From an uncultured Verrucomicrobiota bacterium (GTDB taxonomy: Bacteria; Verrucomicrobiota; Verrucomicrobiia; Limisphaerales; UBA8199), in assembly GCA_964631605.1 (NCBI GenBank), contig CAZVYG010000010.1:22353-86352 (forward strand): a DNA stretch of 64,000 nt. The letters are read 5' to 3'. Positions 8,535 through 18,659 of the stretch are shown here, one piece after another. Positions within the stretch are counted from its first letter, which is position 1. Each line of letters begins with the position of its first letter. A program made the translations under genes and the position numbers. The notes below the pieces were generated by a model, which worked only from the letters and a program-made list of their open reading frames with translations, did not search any database and was not told the origin of the DNA.

Positions 8535-9065
8535 TCGAAAGATAAACCGTCAGTCCGCGAGCTGCCAAACCTGTGCCAACGGTCGCGGGCGGTGGCAACC
8601 AATGCCCCACCCGACGGTTCCGGAATTGCACCTCGGTTCGGTGGGCGCCATCCGAGTCATTGTGCCGGGCTGTCGGCGCGGGTCAAGTCAGGGAGGGCGG
8701 ATGACCTGAAAAACAATGCCCTTCAGTCCGGGGTAGGGGGGTATTGGTTCAAAATACGAATAACTAATAGGGATTATTAACAAGCCAAAATTCGTGTTTC
8801 CCGGGGCAAACCTCCCTTGCACGGTCCATGGGCAGAGGTTATCAATCTCCGCGAACAAGAATCTGATGAAGTCGGGCAAATGTTGTTTTTGTAGCGATGA
8901 GACTGGCCAAATTTTGTTATTTGGAAAACAATTGACGTTATCGAAAGAAGTTCCACAATCACTCATCTACTATGTGGCTTTGGGTTCATTATAATGGCGG
9001 CGGACGGCGGCGGTTCGGTCGAACCGCGGGCGGCTGAGGGTTTGGTTTGAGCCGAGGACGAGACG

Positions 9066-9719
9066 ATGTCAGCGATTTTTCCCAAGTGGACCAACCGGTT
9101 GCCGCTCATGGTATTGACGGGGGGGGTGTTGGTGGGGGGCGCCCTGGTGGCTGGGGCTTGGTATTATCTGACGCCCAAGTACTCCCGGGTGGGTTACAAG
9201 CCCATCCAGCCGGTGGCCTTTTCGCACAACACGCACGTGAGCCAGTTGGGCATGGACTGCCGTTATTGCCACAACGCGGTGGAACAATCCTGGTATTCGA
9301 ACCTTCCCGACAGCGCCAAGTGCATGAATTGTCATAACCAGGTGTTGAAGGATGATCCGCGCCTGGCCTTGGTGCGCCAAAGTGCGGCCACCGGCGAGCC
9401 GATTCCCTGGGTGCAGATTCATCGCGTGCCCGACTACGTTTATTTCAACCATTCGGTGCATGTCACCCGCGGCATAAGCTGCGTGGAATGCCACGGTCAA
9501 ATTGACCAAATGGAGGAGGCCTATCACGCGCAGCCGTTGAGCATGACTTTTTGTCTGGATTGCCATCGGCATCCGGAGTTGAAGCTCCGGCCGCTGGACA
9601 AGATCACCGACCTCACCTGGCGACCGGAATCGCCGTTGCAGCAGCGCGAATTTGGTCAGCGCGCCATCAACGATTGGAAAGTCGAGTCGCTGGAAAACTG
9701 CTCCGCATGCCACCGATGA
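9066..9719 (+). CDS. actA: alternative complex III subunit ActA, pentaheme cytochrome c
   Basis: Five CXXCH motifs (CRYCH, CMNCH, CVECH, CLDCH, CSACH), N-terminal TM anchor, GAGGA 8 nt upstream of the ATG. Confidence 0.9.
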   Translation: MSAIFPKWTNRLPLMVLTGGVLVGGALVAGAWYYLTPKYSRVGYKPIQPVAFSHNTHVSQLGMDCRYCHNAVEQSWYSNLPDSAKCMNCHNQVLKDDPRLALVRQSAATGEPIPWVQIHRVPDYVYFNHSVHVTRGISCVECHGQIDQMEEAYHAQPLSMTFCLDCHRHPELKLRPLDKITDLTWRPESPLQQREFGQRAINDWKVESLENCSACHR

Positions 9720-12700
9720 ACACCCTGCCTCCCGTATCCCAGCCTTTGGAATCCGGCCGCGCATATTGGCGGAGCTTGGATCAGTTGTCCGACACGCCCG
9801 AATTCCGCCAATGGCTGGAGCGGGAATTTCCCGAGGGCGCCAGTGAATGGCTGGACCCGGTGTCGCGGCGGCACTTCGTGCGGATCATGTCGGCGTCATT
9901 TCTGTTGGCGGGTCTGGGGCTGGCGGGCACGGGGTGCCGGCGGCCCGAGCAGAAGATTGTCCCCTTCAGCAAGATGCCGGAGAATTACACGCATGGGGTC
10001 CCGCAGTTCTATGCGACCTCCATGCCAACCCGGGGCGGGGCCTTGCCGCTGGTGGTCAAGTCTCACGACGGCCGCCCAACCAAGATCGAGGGCAATGCCC
10101 TGCATCCGGACAGTAATGGCGGCACGGACCGCTTCGCGCAGGCCTCGATCCTGAACCTGTATGATCCCGACCGTGCCACACGCTTTTTGAAGGACGGCGC
10201 GGCGACTACGCCGGAAGTGGCGCTGGATTTTCTCTCGGCGCTGTCCCGACAAGTCCAGAACGGCGGCGGACAGAAGCTGGCCGTGCTGGTCGAACGTCAT
10301 TCGTCTCCGTCGCGGGAGCGGCTGCTGGACCTGTTGACCGGAAAGCTGGGGGCGCGGGTGTACGTTTATGAGCCGGTTGAAACGGCGGCGGATCAATTGG
10401 CGGCGCAGCAGGCCTTTGGGCGCCCGGTCAAACCCATTCCGCATTTTGACCGCGCCAAAGTGATTCTTTCGCTGGATTGCGATTTCCTGGGGGCGGAGGA
10501 CGGCGTGCATAATCACATCCGGCGGTTTGCGCAGGGACGGAAGATGGAGAAGCCGGACGACGCGCTCAACCGGCTTTACTCGGTGGAGAGCCTGCTGACC
10601 TTGACGGGCGCCAACGCGGACCATCGCTTGCGCGTGCCGAGCAGCGCCGTGGCGCTGGTTGCGGCGGCCATCGCCAACCACGTGATAAAAGGAGGCCCCA
10701 GCGTTCAAGGCCTCAATCAAGTTGCGCCGCCGCCAGGGGTGGATCCGAAGTGGTTGGTGGAATGCGCCAAGGATTTGCTGCAGCACCCGGGTGAGTGTCT
10801 GGTGGTGGCTGGGCACCGCCAGCCGCAGGTGGTTCACCTGCTGGCCTATGCCATGAATGCGGCGCTGGGCAACCTGGGCAAGACATTGGTTTTGAACGAG
10901 GCGCCCGCAGTGCGGAACCAGGGCCTTTCAGAACTCGCCCGCGCCCTTCATGCCGGCCAGGTGGAGACGCTGGTGATCCTCGGCTGCAATCCCGTGGCGA
11001 CCGCGCCCGCAGACTTGGATTGGGTCAACGCGCAGAAGAAAGCGCGGACGGTGCTGCGCCTGGGATACTACGAAGATGAAACCGCGCCATTGTGCACCTG
11101 GCACCTGCCCGCCGCTCATTACCTGGAATCCTGGGGCGACGGTTTGGCGCAGGATGGCACCCTCGTGCCGGTGCAACCGCTCATTGCCCCCCTCTTTGGC
11201 GGGTTGACCGAGCTGGAGGTGCTGGCCCGCATCGCGGGTTACAAAACGACCAGCCCCTACGAAATTGTGCGCGAGACCTTTGCCGGTTACGTCAAAGGGG
11301 CGAACTTCGAGGAGGCATGGAAGAAATTTCTGCATGACGGTTTCCTGGCCGGATCAGCGGCCAAGCCTGCTGCGGTCTCTTTCAATCCCGCCCCGCTGGC
11401 TGAGGCGCTCTCGAGCCTCAAACCCAGCCTGCCATCCAAAGACCGGCTCGAGGTGGTTTTCCATCTTGATTACAGCGTGGATGATGGCCGATACAACAAC
11501 AACGGCTGGCTGCAGGAGATGCCCGATCCCATCACCAAAATGACATGGGACAATGCAGTTCTGGTCAGCCGCAAAACCGCCCAGGAACTTGGGGTGAAGA
11601 ACAACGACATGGTCGAGATTGCGCTCGAGGGGCGGGTGGCGCGCGGCCCCATCTGGATTCAGCCGGGTTTGGCCGATTATTCGCTGGGCCTGGCCCTCGG
11701 CTATGGCCGAAGCCGCACCGGGCGGGTGGGGCACAAAACCGGCTTCGATGTCTATCCGTTGCGGACGACGGCGGCGGAGCATTTCGCGGTTGGGGCGACG
11801 ATCAAGCGCCTGGGGGCAACCTATCCGCTCTCCTGCACTCAGGACCATTGGTCCATGGAAGGCCGGCCGATTGTGCGCGAGGCCAACTTGAGCCAGTACC
11901 GCGAGCATCCGGATTTTGCGACCCGGATGAACGCCGAAGAGCCTCCCGTCAACCAATCCCTTTACCCCAACCCGCTGGACAAGCTGAAGCCCAGTGCGCT
12001 GCATCAGTGGGGGATGGCGATTGACCTCAACCAGTGCGTCGGCTGTTCGGCGTGCATCATGGCGTGCCAGAGCGAGAACAACGTCCCCATCGTGGGCAAG
12101 GACCAGGTCAAACGGGGGCGCGAGATGCACTGGATTCGGATTGACCGCTATTACGCCGGCAATCCCGCGCGGCGCAAGTTCACCGAGAGCTACCAGCTCG
12201 AGCAACAGCAGCAGTTCGAGGATTGGGTGGATGATCCCCAGGTGGTGACCCAGCCCATGCTCTGCCAGCATTGCGAGGCGGCGCCGTGCGAAAATGTCTG
12301 CCCGGTCAACGCCACGGTGCATGATCAGGAGGGGCTCAACGTCATGGTTTACAACCGGTGTGTGGGCACGCGGTATTGCTCGAACAACTGTCCCTACAAG
12401 GTGCGCCGGTTCAACTACTTTGATTACAACAAACGGCCCATCACCGCTCTGTATCTCGGCCCGTTCGGACGTCGCAAGGATGACGAATGGGACCTGCTGA
12501 AGATGGTGAAGAATCCCGACGTGACCGTACGGATGCGCGGGGTGATGGAGAAATGCACCTTCTGCGTGCAGCGAATTGAAGGGGCCAAGATTGCGCAAAA
12601 GGTCAAGGCGGGCGCGACCGGCGAGGTGGTGGTGCCGGAGGGGACGTTTACCACGGCCTGCGCCCAGGCTTGTCCGGCCGGCGCAATTGTCTTCGGCAAC

Positions 12701-12949
12701 CTGAATGATCCCAACAGCCGCGTGTCCAAACTCAAACAGCAGGACCGCAATTACAGCGTGCTGGATCTGTTGTTGACCAAGCCCAGGCTGACCTATCTGG
12801 CCCGGGTCCGAAACCCCAATCCCGCCATGCCGGACTACCAGGAAGCCCCCTTAAGTTTCGAGCATTTCCGCGACAAGATGGGTGATCCATTCAAGCACAC
12901 AGGCGCGGGCCATGGAACTGGCCGCCCGATTGGGAAAGGAGGGCACTGA
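9716..12949 (+). CDS. actB: alternative complex III subunit ActB (Tat-signal molybdopterin-oxidoreductase-like domain fused to a 4Fe-4S domain)
   Basis: ATG at 9716 overlaps the actA TGA. Tat-like [17 protein letters not shown]. Fe-S Cys clusters [44 protein letters not shown]. Confidence 0.9.
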   Translation: MNTLPPVSQPLESGRAYWRSLDQLSDTPEFRQWLEREFPEGASEWLDPVSRRHFVRIMSASFLLAGLGLAGTGCRRPEQKIVPFSKMPENYTHGVPQFYATSMPTRGGALPLVVKSHDGRPTKIEGNALHPDSNGGTDRFAQASILNLYDPDRATRFLKDGAATTPEVALDFLSALSRQVQNGGGQKLAVLVERHSSPSRERLLDLLTGKLGARVYVYEPVETAADQLAAQQAFGRPVKPIPHFDRAKVILSLDCDFLGAEDGVHNHIRRFAQGRKMEKPDDALNRLYSVESLLTLTGANADHRLRVPSSAVALVAAAIANHVIKGGPSVQGLNQVAPPPGVDPKWLVECAKDLLQHPGECLVVAGHRQPQVVHLLAYAMNAALGNLGKTLVLNEAPAVRNQGLSELARALHAGQVETLVILGCNPVATAPADLDWVNAQKKARTVLRLGYYEDETAPLCTWHLPAAHYLESWGDGLAQDGTLVPVQPLIAPLFGGLTELEVLARIAGYKTTSPYEIVRETFAGYVKGANFEEAWKKFLHDGFLAGSAAKPAAVSFNPAPLAEALSSLKPSLPSKDRLEVVFHLDYSVDDGRYNNNGWLQEMPDPITKMTWDNAVLVSRKTAQELGVKNNDMVEIALEGRVARGPIWIQPGLADYSLGLALGYGRSRTGRVGHKTGFDVYPLRTTAAEHFAVGATIKRLGATYPLSCTQDHWSMEGRPIVREANLSQYREHPDFATRMNAEEPPVNQSLYPNPLDKLKPSALHQWGMAIDLNQCVGCSACIMACQSENNVPIVGKDQVKRGREMHWIRIDRYYAGNPARRKFTESYQLEQQQQFEDWVDDPQVVTQPMLCQHCEAAPCENVCPVNATVHDQEGLNVMVYNRCVGTRYCSNNCPYKVRRFNYFDYNKRPITALYLGPFGRRKDDEWDLLKMVKNPDVTVRMRGVMEKCTFCVQRIEGAKIAQKVKAGATGEVVVPEGTFTTACAQACPAGAIVFGNLNDPNSRVSKLKQQDRNYSVLDLLLTKPRLTYLARVRNPNPAMPDYQEAPLSFEHFRDKMGDPFKHTGAGHGTGRPIGKGGH

Positions 12950-14379
12950 TGGCCGCTCACGCGACTCCCTTGACCATTCCCGAGCCACCGGCCGAGCTGC
13001 AGCGGCCGTTGCTGGTGGATAACTACCGGAGTCTTGGCTGGATTTCCAACCGGGTCTGCTCGCTCACCGAGGGCAAGGCGCCGATCTGGTGGTGGGTGTT
13101 GCTCATTCCGAGTGTTCTCGCCCTGGGCATGTTGCTCTTCATGCTGGGATACCAGATTTCCACCGGCGTGGGCGTCTGGGGCAACATGCACCCGGTCATG
13201 TGGGGCTGGGATATTATCAATTTCGTTTGGTGGATCGGCATCGGGCACGCCGGCACGCTGATTTCCGCCATTTTGTTTTTACTGCGCCAACGCTGGCGCA
13301 CGGCGGTGAACCGGGCGGCCGAGGCGATGACCATCTTTGCGGTCATGTGCGCCGGCATCTACCCCGCGCTGCATGTGGGGCGGGTTTGGTACGACTGGTG
13401 GCTGTTCCCCATTCCGAACTCCAACTCGATCTGGCCGCAGTTCCGGTCGCCATTGATGTGGGACGTGTTTGCGGTCTCGACCTATTTCACCGTGTCCGTG
13501 TTGTTTTGGTACATGGGCTTGATTCCCGACCTGGCGGTGATGCGGGACCGGGCGCGGACCAAAATCCGCCAATTTGCCTACGGCCTGTTCGCGCTGGGGT
13601 GGACCGGTTCAAACCGGCATTGGAGCAATTACGAGAAGGCGTATTTGATACTGGCCGGGCTTTCCACCCCGCTGGTGCTTTCCGTGCACTCGATCGTCTC
13701 GTTGGACTTCGCCGTCTCCCAGGTGCCCGGCTGGCATACCACCATTTTCCCCCCGTACTTTGTCGCCGGCGCGATTTTCTCCGGTTTCGGCATGGTGCTC
13801 ACGCTGCTGATTCCCTTGCGCAGCATTTTCAAACTTCAGGACATCATCACCCTGCGGCACATAGACGTAATGTGCAAGGTGACGCTGGCCACGGGCTCCA
13901 TCGTGGGCTACGCGTATGGGATGGAGTTTTTCATCGCCTGGTACAGCGGCAGCCCGTATGAGCGATTTGCGTTCATCAACCGGGCGCTGGGACCCTATTG
14001 GTGGGGGTATTGGACCATGATCCTCTGCAACGTGGTGGTGCCGCAGTTGTTCTGGTTCAAGTCGCTGCGGCAAAATCTGGTGGTGGTGTTTATTATCTCC
14101 ATCCTTGTGAACATTGGCATGTGGTTTGAGCGTTTCGTGATCATCGTCATCTCGCTCCATCGGGACTTTGTGCCGGCCAATTGGGGGTACTATTCGCCCT
14201 CGTGGGTGGACATCTGCACTTACATCGGCACGTTTGGGCTGTTCTTCACTCTGTTTTTGCTGTTCATCCGGTTCCTGCCGATGATCGCAATTTCCGAAGT
14301 CAAAGGCGTGACCCCGCAGTCGGATCCGCACCATCCACTCGGCGGCGCCAAAATCAAGGAGATGGCACTCCATGAATAA
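12949..14379 (+). CDS. actC: alternative complex III subunit ActC (NrfD/PsrC-family quinol-interacting membrane subunit)
   Basis: 476 aa polytopic membrane protein; TGATG overlap with actB; position and NrfD-like helices. Confidence 0.85.
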   Translation: MAAHATPLTIPEPPAELQRPLLVDNYRSLGWISNRVCSLTEGKAPIWWWVLLIPSVLALGMLLFMLGYQISTGVGVWGNMHPVMWGWDIINFVWWIGIGHAGTLISAILFLLRQRWRTAVNRAAEAMTIFAVMCAGIYPALHVGRVWYDWWLFPIPNSNSIWPQFRSPLMWDVFAVSTYFTVSVLFWYMGLIPDLAVMRDRARTKIRQFAYGLFALGWTGSNRHWSNYEKAYLILAGLSTPLVLSVHSIVSLDFAVSQVPGWHTTIFPPYFVAGAIFSGFGMVLTLLIPLRSIFKLQDIITLRHIDVMCKVTLATGSIVGYAYGMEFFIAWYSGSPYERFAFINRALGPYWWGYWTMILCNVVVPQLFWFKSLRQNLVVVFIISILVNIGMWFERFVIIVISLHRDFVPANWGYYSPSWVDICTYIGTFGLFFTLFLLFIRFLPMIAISEVKGVTPQSDPHHPLGGAKIKEMALHE

Positions 14380-14911
14380 CCCTTCCAAACCTTACGGCAT
14401 GATCGCCGAATTCCGCACCGCGGCGGACATCCTGCACGCGGCGGAGAAAGTGCGGGACGCGGGGTACCGCAAGTGGGATGTATTCACCCCCTTCCCGGTG
14501 CATGGGATGGACCGCGCCATGGGATTAAAGAACTCGAAGGTGGGTTGGTTTGCGTTCCTGGGCGGGGTGACGGGTTACACAACGGGCATGCTGATGATCT
14601 GGTTCATGAACGCGCTGGATTATCCGCTGGTGGTGGGTGGCAAGCCGATGTTCAGCCCCTTTTACGCCTTCCCGCCCTCTTATGAACTGACGATTCTGTT
14701 CGGGGCCTTTGGCTCGCTGTTTGGGATGTTGTTCCTGAACCGGCTCCCGCGGCTTTATCATCCCCTGCTCAAGAACCGACGGTTCGCGCTGGTGACCCAT
14801 GACCGGTTCTTCCTGGTCATCGAGTGCGCCGACCCGAAGTATTCGGAGCCGGAAGTTCGCAAGTTGCTCGAGGGAGCCGGCAGCCGGCATATCGAGGTGG
14901 TGGAGGACTAA
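14372..14911 (+). CDS. actD: alternative complex III subunit ActD (DUF3341)
   Basis: [38 protein letters not shown] followed by two TM helices; overlaps actC by 8 nt. Confidence 0.8.
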   Translation: MNNPSKPYGMIAEFRTAADILHAAEKVRDAGYRKWDVFTPFPVHGMDRAMGLKNSKVGWFAFLGGVTGYTTGMLMIWFMNALDYPLVVGGKPMFSPFYAFPPSYELTILFGAFGSLFGMLFLNRLPRLYHPLLKNRRFALVTHDRFFLVIECADPKYSEPEVRKLLEGAGSRHIEVVED

Positions 14912-15555
14912 TGCGCTATTTTCTCGCCATCTTCGCCGTTTGTGTGGTGGCCGTGGTCGCCCTCCTGGGCTTTCGCGGCAGTCACTTCCGCCAGCCGCCG
15001 CTCCGCATCTTCCCGGACATGGAGTTTCAATTAAAGCTCCGGCCGCAGGCGCCGAACGGTTTCTTCCCCAATGGGCGGACCTCCCAACTCCCGGTTCCGG
15101 GCACGATCCCGCGCGGAGTCGCGGTTCAGACGGTGTCGGGGCCGGTGTTTCCCTTCGAGGATGCGCCGGTCAACACCGGCTGGAAGACGGGCACGACGAA
15201 CTTTGTCGAGCACAACCCGCTGCGCATCACCTCGGCGTTGCTCAAGCGGGGGCAGCAGCGCTACACGATCAATTGCGCCCCCTGCCACGGCGGGCTGGGG
15301 GATGGGAATGGGATCACGCGGAAGATTGGGGCGATGGCAGTGGTGGCCAATTTGCATGACAAGCGCATTGTGGAGATGCCGGACGGCGAGATTTTTTACG
15401 TGATCACCCACGGGCGGAACCTCATGGGGGCTTACGGGGCGCAGGTGACGCCGCAGGACCGGTGGGCGGTGGTGGCCTACTTGCGCGCGCTCCAACTGGC
15501 GCGGTTGGGGGAGCTGGAGGATTTGCCGCCGCAACAGCGAACCCTATTGAAATAA
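14911..15555 (+). CDS. actE: alternative complex III subunit ActE, monoheme cytochrome c
   Basis: TAATG overlap with actD; N-terminal anchor [16 protein letters not shown]; single CAPCH; Met ligand region ITHGRNLMGAYG. Confidence 0.85.
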   Translation: MRYFLAIFAVCVVAVVALLGFRGSHFRQPPLRIFPDMEFQLKLRPQAPNGFFPNGRTSQLPVPGTIPRGVAVQTVSGPVFPFEDAPVNTGWKTGTTNFVEHNPLRITSALLKRGQQRYTINCAPCHGGLGDGNGITRKIGAMAVVANLHDKRIVEMPDGEIFYVITHGRNLMGAYGAQVTPQDRWAVVAYLRALQLARLGELEDLPPQQRTLLK

Positions 15556-15562
15556 TGGCTGT

Positions 15563-16822
15563 ATGAAGAAATCCGTGTCCACCCCGCTGGATTTGTCCCG
15601 ATGGCGGATTGTGCCGACGGTGCTGATGGCCGCGGGCGGCCTGCTTGCGCTCCTGGGTTTTTTCGTGAATCGCCAACAGTTCGCGTTCTCGTGGCTGCTG
15701 GCCTTCATGTTTTTTCTGAGCCTGAGCGCGGGGGCGCTGTTCCTGGTGATGGCGCACCATTTGTTCGATGCCGGCTGGTCGGTGCCGATCCGGCGGTTTC
15801 TCGAGCACCTGGCGTGTTTGTTTCCCTGGCTGGCGGTGTTGTTTCTCCCGGTGGCCCTGCTGGCGCCGACGCTCTATGAGTGGATGAGCCTGGACCCGCA
15901 TTTGGATCACGCGTTGCACGCCAAGCAGCCTTTGTTTACGCGGCCGATGTTTTATGTGGTGTCGGCAGTTTGCTTCGCGGTGTGGATTATTCTGTCCAAC
16001 CGGCTGCGCCACTGGTCGCTCGAGCAGGACCGGACCGGGACGGCGCTGCCCACCCACCGGATGCGGTTTTATTCCTGCGCGGGGATTTTTCTCTTTGCGA
16101 TCACGTTGACGCTGGGGGCGATCCTGTGGATGAAGGCGCTGCAGCACCAGTGGTTCTCGACCATGTACGGCGTGTATTATTTTGCCGGCAGTGTCTGGAT
16201 GACGCTGGGGACGGCCTACGTTATCACCATGGTATTGGACCGGCAGGGAGTGCTGAGCGATGCCCTGCATGATCACCAGTACTATTTCCTGGGGTCGCTG
16301 CTCTTCGCGTTCACGGTGTTTTACGCCTACATCCATTTCTCGCAGTATTTCATCATCTGGAACGGGAATATGCCGGAGGAGACCTTTTGGTATGCCTTGC
16401 GGGAGAAGGGAACGTGGTGGTGGGTGGGAATGGTGATTATTTTCGGGCATTTTTTCGTCCCCTTCCTCGCGTTGTTGCGGATTGATGTGAAAAGCGTGTT
16501 TGGCTATATGACCCCGCTGTGCGTCTGGACATGGTTGATGCATTACCTTGACTTGTCTTTTAACATTATGCCCGTGAAACATCCCAATGGATTCGTTTTG
16601 CATTGGATTGATCTCGGGTGCTGGGCGTTTATGGCGGGCCTGCTGGCCACGATGTTCCTGCGGGCGTACTGGAGGCACGCCCCGTATCCGGTGAAAGACC
16701 CGCGCCTGGTGGAGGCGATGGGATTTGCGCATCCGATTCCGACACAAATCTCGGGCGGGGAGCTGGATGAGTGTGATGATACCCCGGCGGTGCATCCCGA
16801 GGTGCAGGGAGGTGGGCGATGA
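15563..16822 (+). CDS. actF: alternative complex III subunit ActF (ActC-like membrane subunit)
   Basis: 419 aa polytopic membrane protein in the canonical position after actE. Confidence 0.8.
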   Translation: MKKSVSTPLDLSRWRIVPTVLMAAGGLLALLGFFVNRQQFAFSWLLAFMFFLSLSAGALFLVMAHHLFDAGWSVPIRRFLEHLACLFPWLAVLFLPVALLAPTLYEWMSLDPHLDHALHAKQPLFTRPMFYVVSAVCFAVWIILSNRLRHWSLEQDRTGTALPTHRMRFYSCAGIFLFAITLTLGAILWMKALQHQWFSTMYGVYYFAGSVWMTLGTAYVITMVLDRQGVLSDALHDHQYYFLGSLLFAFTVFYAYIHFSQYFIIWNGNMPEETFWYALREKGTWWWVGMVIIFGHFFVPFLALLRIDVKSVFGYMTPLCVWTWLMHYLDLSFNIMPVKHPNGFVLHWIDLGCWAFMAGLLATMFLRAYWRHAPYPVKDPRLVEAMGFAHPIPTQISGGELDECDDTPAVHPEVQGGGR

Positions 16823-17193
16823 ACGGAACTGATTCCAGCCGGGGGACTTCAGCGGCGGTGGCGGTGGCCATTGTGGGGACGTTCCTGATTGTCGCGGCGC
16901 TGGTGGGGGTGATGCGTCGGCATACCCAGGCGCCCGCGGTGGATGCGGTGCGGATTGCCGAGCGCGCGAAAGCCCTGGCGGAGTTGCGCGAGGCGGAGAC
17001 GGTGGCTTTGAGCACCCCGGCATGGATTGACCAGGGCAAGGGGCTGGTGCGGCTGCCCATCACCCACGCAATGGAACTGGTGCTTCGGGGGTGGGAGAAT
17101 CCGGCGACGGCCAGATCGAATTTGATTGCGCGGGTGGAAAAGGCGACGGCGGCGCCGCCAAAGGCGCCGGAGAAACCGAGCGAGTTTGAGTGA
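16819..17193 (+). CDS. single-pass membrane protein of the ACIII operon (ActG position), function unknown
   Basis: ATGA overlap with actF; TM AAVAVAIVGTFLIVAALVGV; no recognisable family. Confidence 0.6.
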   Translation: MNGTDSSRGTSAAVAVAIVGTFLIVAALVGVMRRHTQAPAVDAVRIAERAKALAELREAETVALSTPAWIDQGKGLVRLPITHAMELVLRGWENPATARSNLIARVEKATAAPPKAPEKPSEFE

Positions 17194-18659
17194 TGGTTTC
17201 TCCCGAGGAAAAGGTCAGGGAGGCTGAAGGCGCTCCGACGGTTGACGTTTCGAGCGCGGAAAGCGGGGCGTCCTGCCGCTGGCCGGTGTTAATGTTGTTT
17301 TTGGGGGCGGCATTGTGGCTGGCGGCGGGGGCGGCGCTGGGTCTCATTGCTTCGATCAAGTTTCATTCACCGATGTTTTTGGCGGAGCCGGCGTGGTTGA
17401 CCTACGGCCGGGTGAAGGCGGCGAGCGCGGCGCTACTGGTCCATGGTTTTTGTGTGCCGGCGGGTTTGGGTGTGGGTTTGTGGTTGATATCACGACTGGG
17501 CCGGGTGGCGCTGGCAGGCGGGGCGCTGGGCGTGTTTGGCGCGTGGTTGTTGCATCTGGGTGTGGCAGCGGGGCTGGTCGGCGTGTTAAGGGGGGAGGGC
17601 CTGGGGTTTTTTCATTTGGAATTTCCGGCGGGCGCGGCGGCCCTGGTGTTTTTGGGATACTTGCTGTTGGGGACCATCGGCGTGCTGACCTTGTATCGTC
17701 GGCGGGAGTCCCGGATGGAGGCGGCGCAGTGGTTTGTGCTGGCGGGCTTGTTCTGGTTCGGCTGGATTTACTCGACGGCGAATTTGTGTTTGGCGTTGTT
17801 TCCGGTGCGGGGCGTGGCGCAGGCGGCGATTCATTACTGGCACACGGGTAATCTGTTGGTGGTCTGGATGGGGTTAATGGGACTGGGGGCGGCGTTCGGC
17901 CTGGGGCCGCGGCTGGCGGGCCGGGAGTTGAACAGTGATTATCTGGCGATGTTTGTGTTTTGGGTGTTGTTGCTTTTTGGGAGCTGGGCGGGCATACCAG
18001 CCACCGCGCCGTTGCCGGCGTGGATGCCCGCCTTGAGCACGGTGGGAACGGTGTTGAGCGGGTTGGGGGCGCTGGGGGTGGTGGTAATCGGGTATCGGAC
18101 GGTGGACGGGGATTATGGTGTGGTGTGGAGAGATGAACGGTTGCGGTTTCTGGCCTTGGGGCTGGCGGCTTATGTGTTGGGGGGCGTGATGCAGGTGGTG
18201 GAAGCGCTTAGCGGGGGCGTGTGGATGCTGCATTTCACCTGGTTTTCGGCGGCGAGGGAGTGGTTCCAAGTCTATGGTTTTTTTGCCCTGGTGATGTTTG
18301 CCGGAATCTACACGATTGTGCCGGGACTTCTGGGCTGTGATTGGTGGAGCCGGCGTCTGGTGCGGTTGCATTTTTGGCTGGCGGCCGCCGGGCTCGTTTT
18401 GGTGTCGGTGCCGCTGGCGGTTGGGGGTGTGGTCGAGAGCGGGAGGCTGCTAAATCCGGCGGCTGGCTTTGTGGAGGTGAGCCGGGGCACATTGATGTAT
18501 TTGCGGGTCAGCACGGTTGGGGAGTTGCTGATATTGGCGGGCAACGGTTTGTTCCTGGTGAACTTGGCGTTGGGGGTGGCTGGCTATTGTCGGCGGGTGT
18601 TGGCGGGGGCGGCGCGGCGATGGGGGGCGCAGGAGCTAGGCGAGGGGGCGCGAGTATGA
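17193..18659 (+). CDS. cbb3-type cytochrome oxidase subunit I (CcoN)-like membrane protein with degenerate metal-ligand positions
   Basis: 12-TM-like protein alignable by eye to CcoN (YGRVKAA..., IHYWHTGN, FGSWAGIP, LHFTWF, RLHFWLAAAG). TGATG overlap upstream and ATGA overlap downstream. Confidence 0.7.
   Translation: MVSPEEKVREAEGAPTVDVSSAESGASCRWPVLMLFLGAALWLAAGAALGLIASIKFHSPMFLAEPAWLTYGRVKAASAALLVHGFCVPAGLGVGLWLISRLGRVALAGGALGVFGAWLLHLGVAAGLVGVLRGEGLGFFHLEFPAGAAALVFLGYLLLGTIGVLTLYRRRESRMEAAQWFVLAGLFWFGWIYSTANLCLALFPVRGVAQAAIHYWHTGNLLVVWMGLMGLGAAFGLGPRLAGRELNSDYLAMFVFWVLLLFGSWAGIPATAPLPAWMPALSTVGTVLSGLGALGVVVIGYRTVDGDYGVVWRDERLRFLALGLAAYVLGGVMQVVEALSGGVWMLHFTWFSAAREWFQVYGFFALVMFAGIYTIVPGLLGCDWWSRRLVRLHFWLAAAGLVLVSVPLAVGGVVESGRLLNPAAGFVEVSRGTLMYLRVSTVGELLILAGNGLFLVNLALGVAGYCRRVLAGAARRWGAQELGEGARV

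Noticed and set aside
8550-8660. The 36-aa ORF upstream of the AsnB-like gene as a lasso-peptide precursor (contains T-V-G, that is Thr at -2 before a Gly).
   Set aside because: The putative core GWGIGCHRPRPLAQVWQLAD has no Asp or Glu at positions 7-9 to close a macrolactam ring. There is no Shine-Dalgarno, and no B or D genes are nearby. It is kept only as a note inside the AsnB-like finding.
8688-8994. ORFs inside the AT-rich island: 8794-8994(+) 66 aa with a KCCFC motif, 8688-8966(-) 92 aa, 8777-8962(-) 61 aa.
   Set aside because: They mutually overlap on both strands, have no ribosome-binding sites or family resemblance, and their codon usage is far from the rest of the window. They are more likely chance ORFs in AT-rich non-coding DNA.
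18341-18655. The N-terminal 105-aa extension of the CcoO-like ORF in the track (starting at 18341) and similar long 5' extensions (actB 9551, actE 14824, hemN 24614, hemH 27650, glnE 46153, pepN 42185).
   Set aside because: The extensions overlap the preceding gene in another frame and are Gly/Arg-rich nonsense. Conserved N-termini or signal anchors begin at internal ATGs that coincide with ATGA or TGATG junctions.
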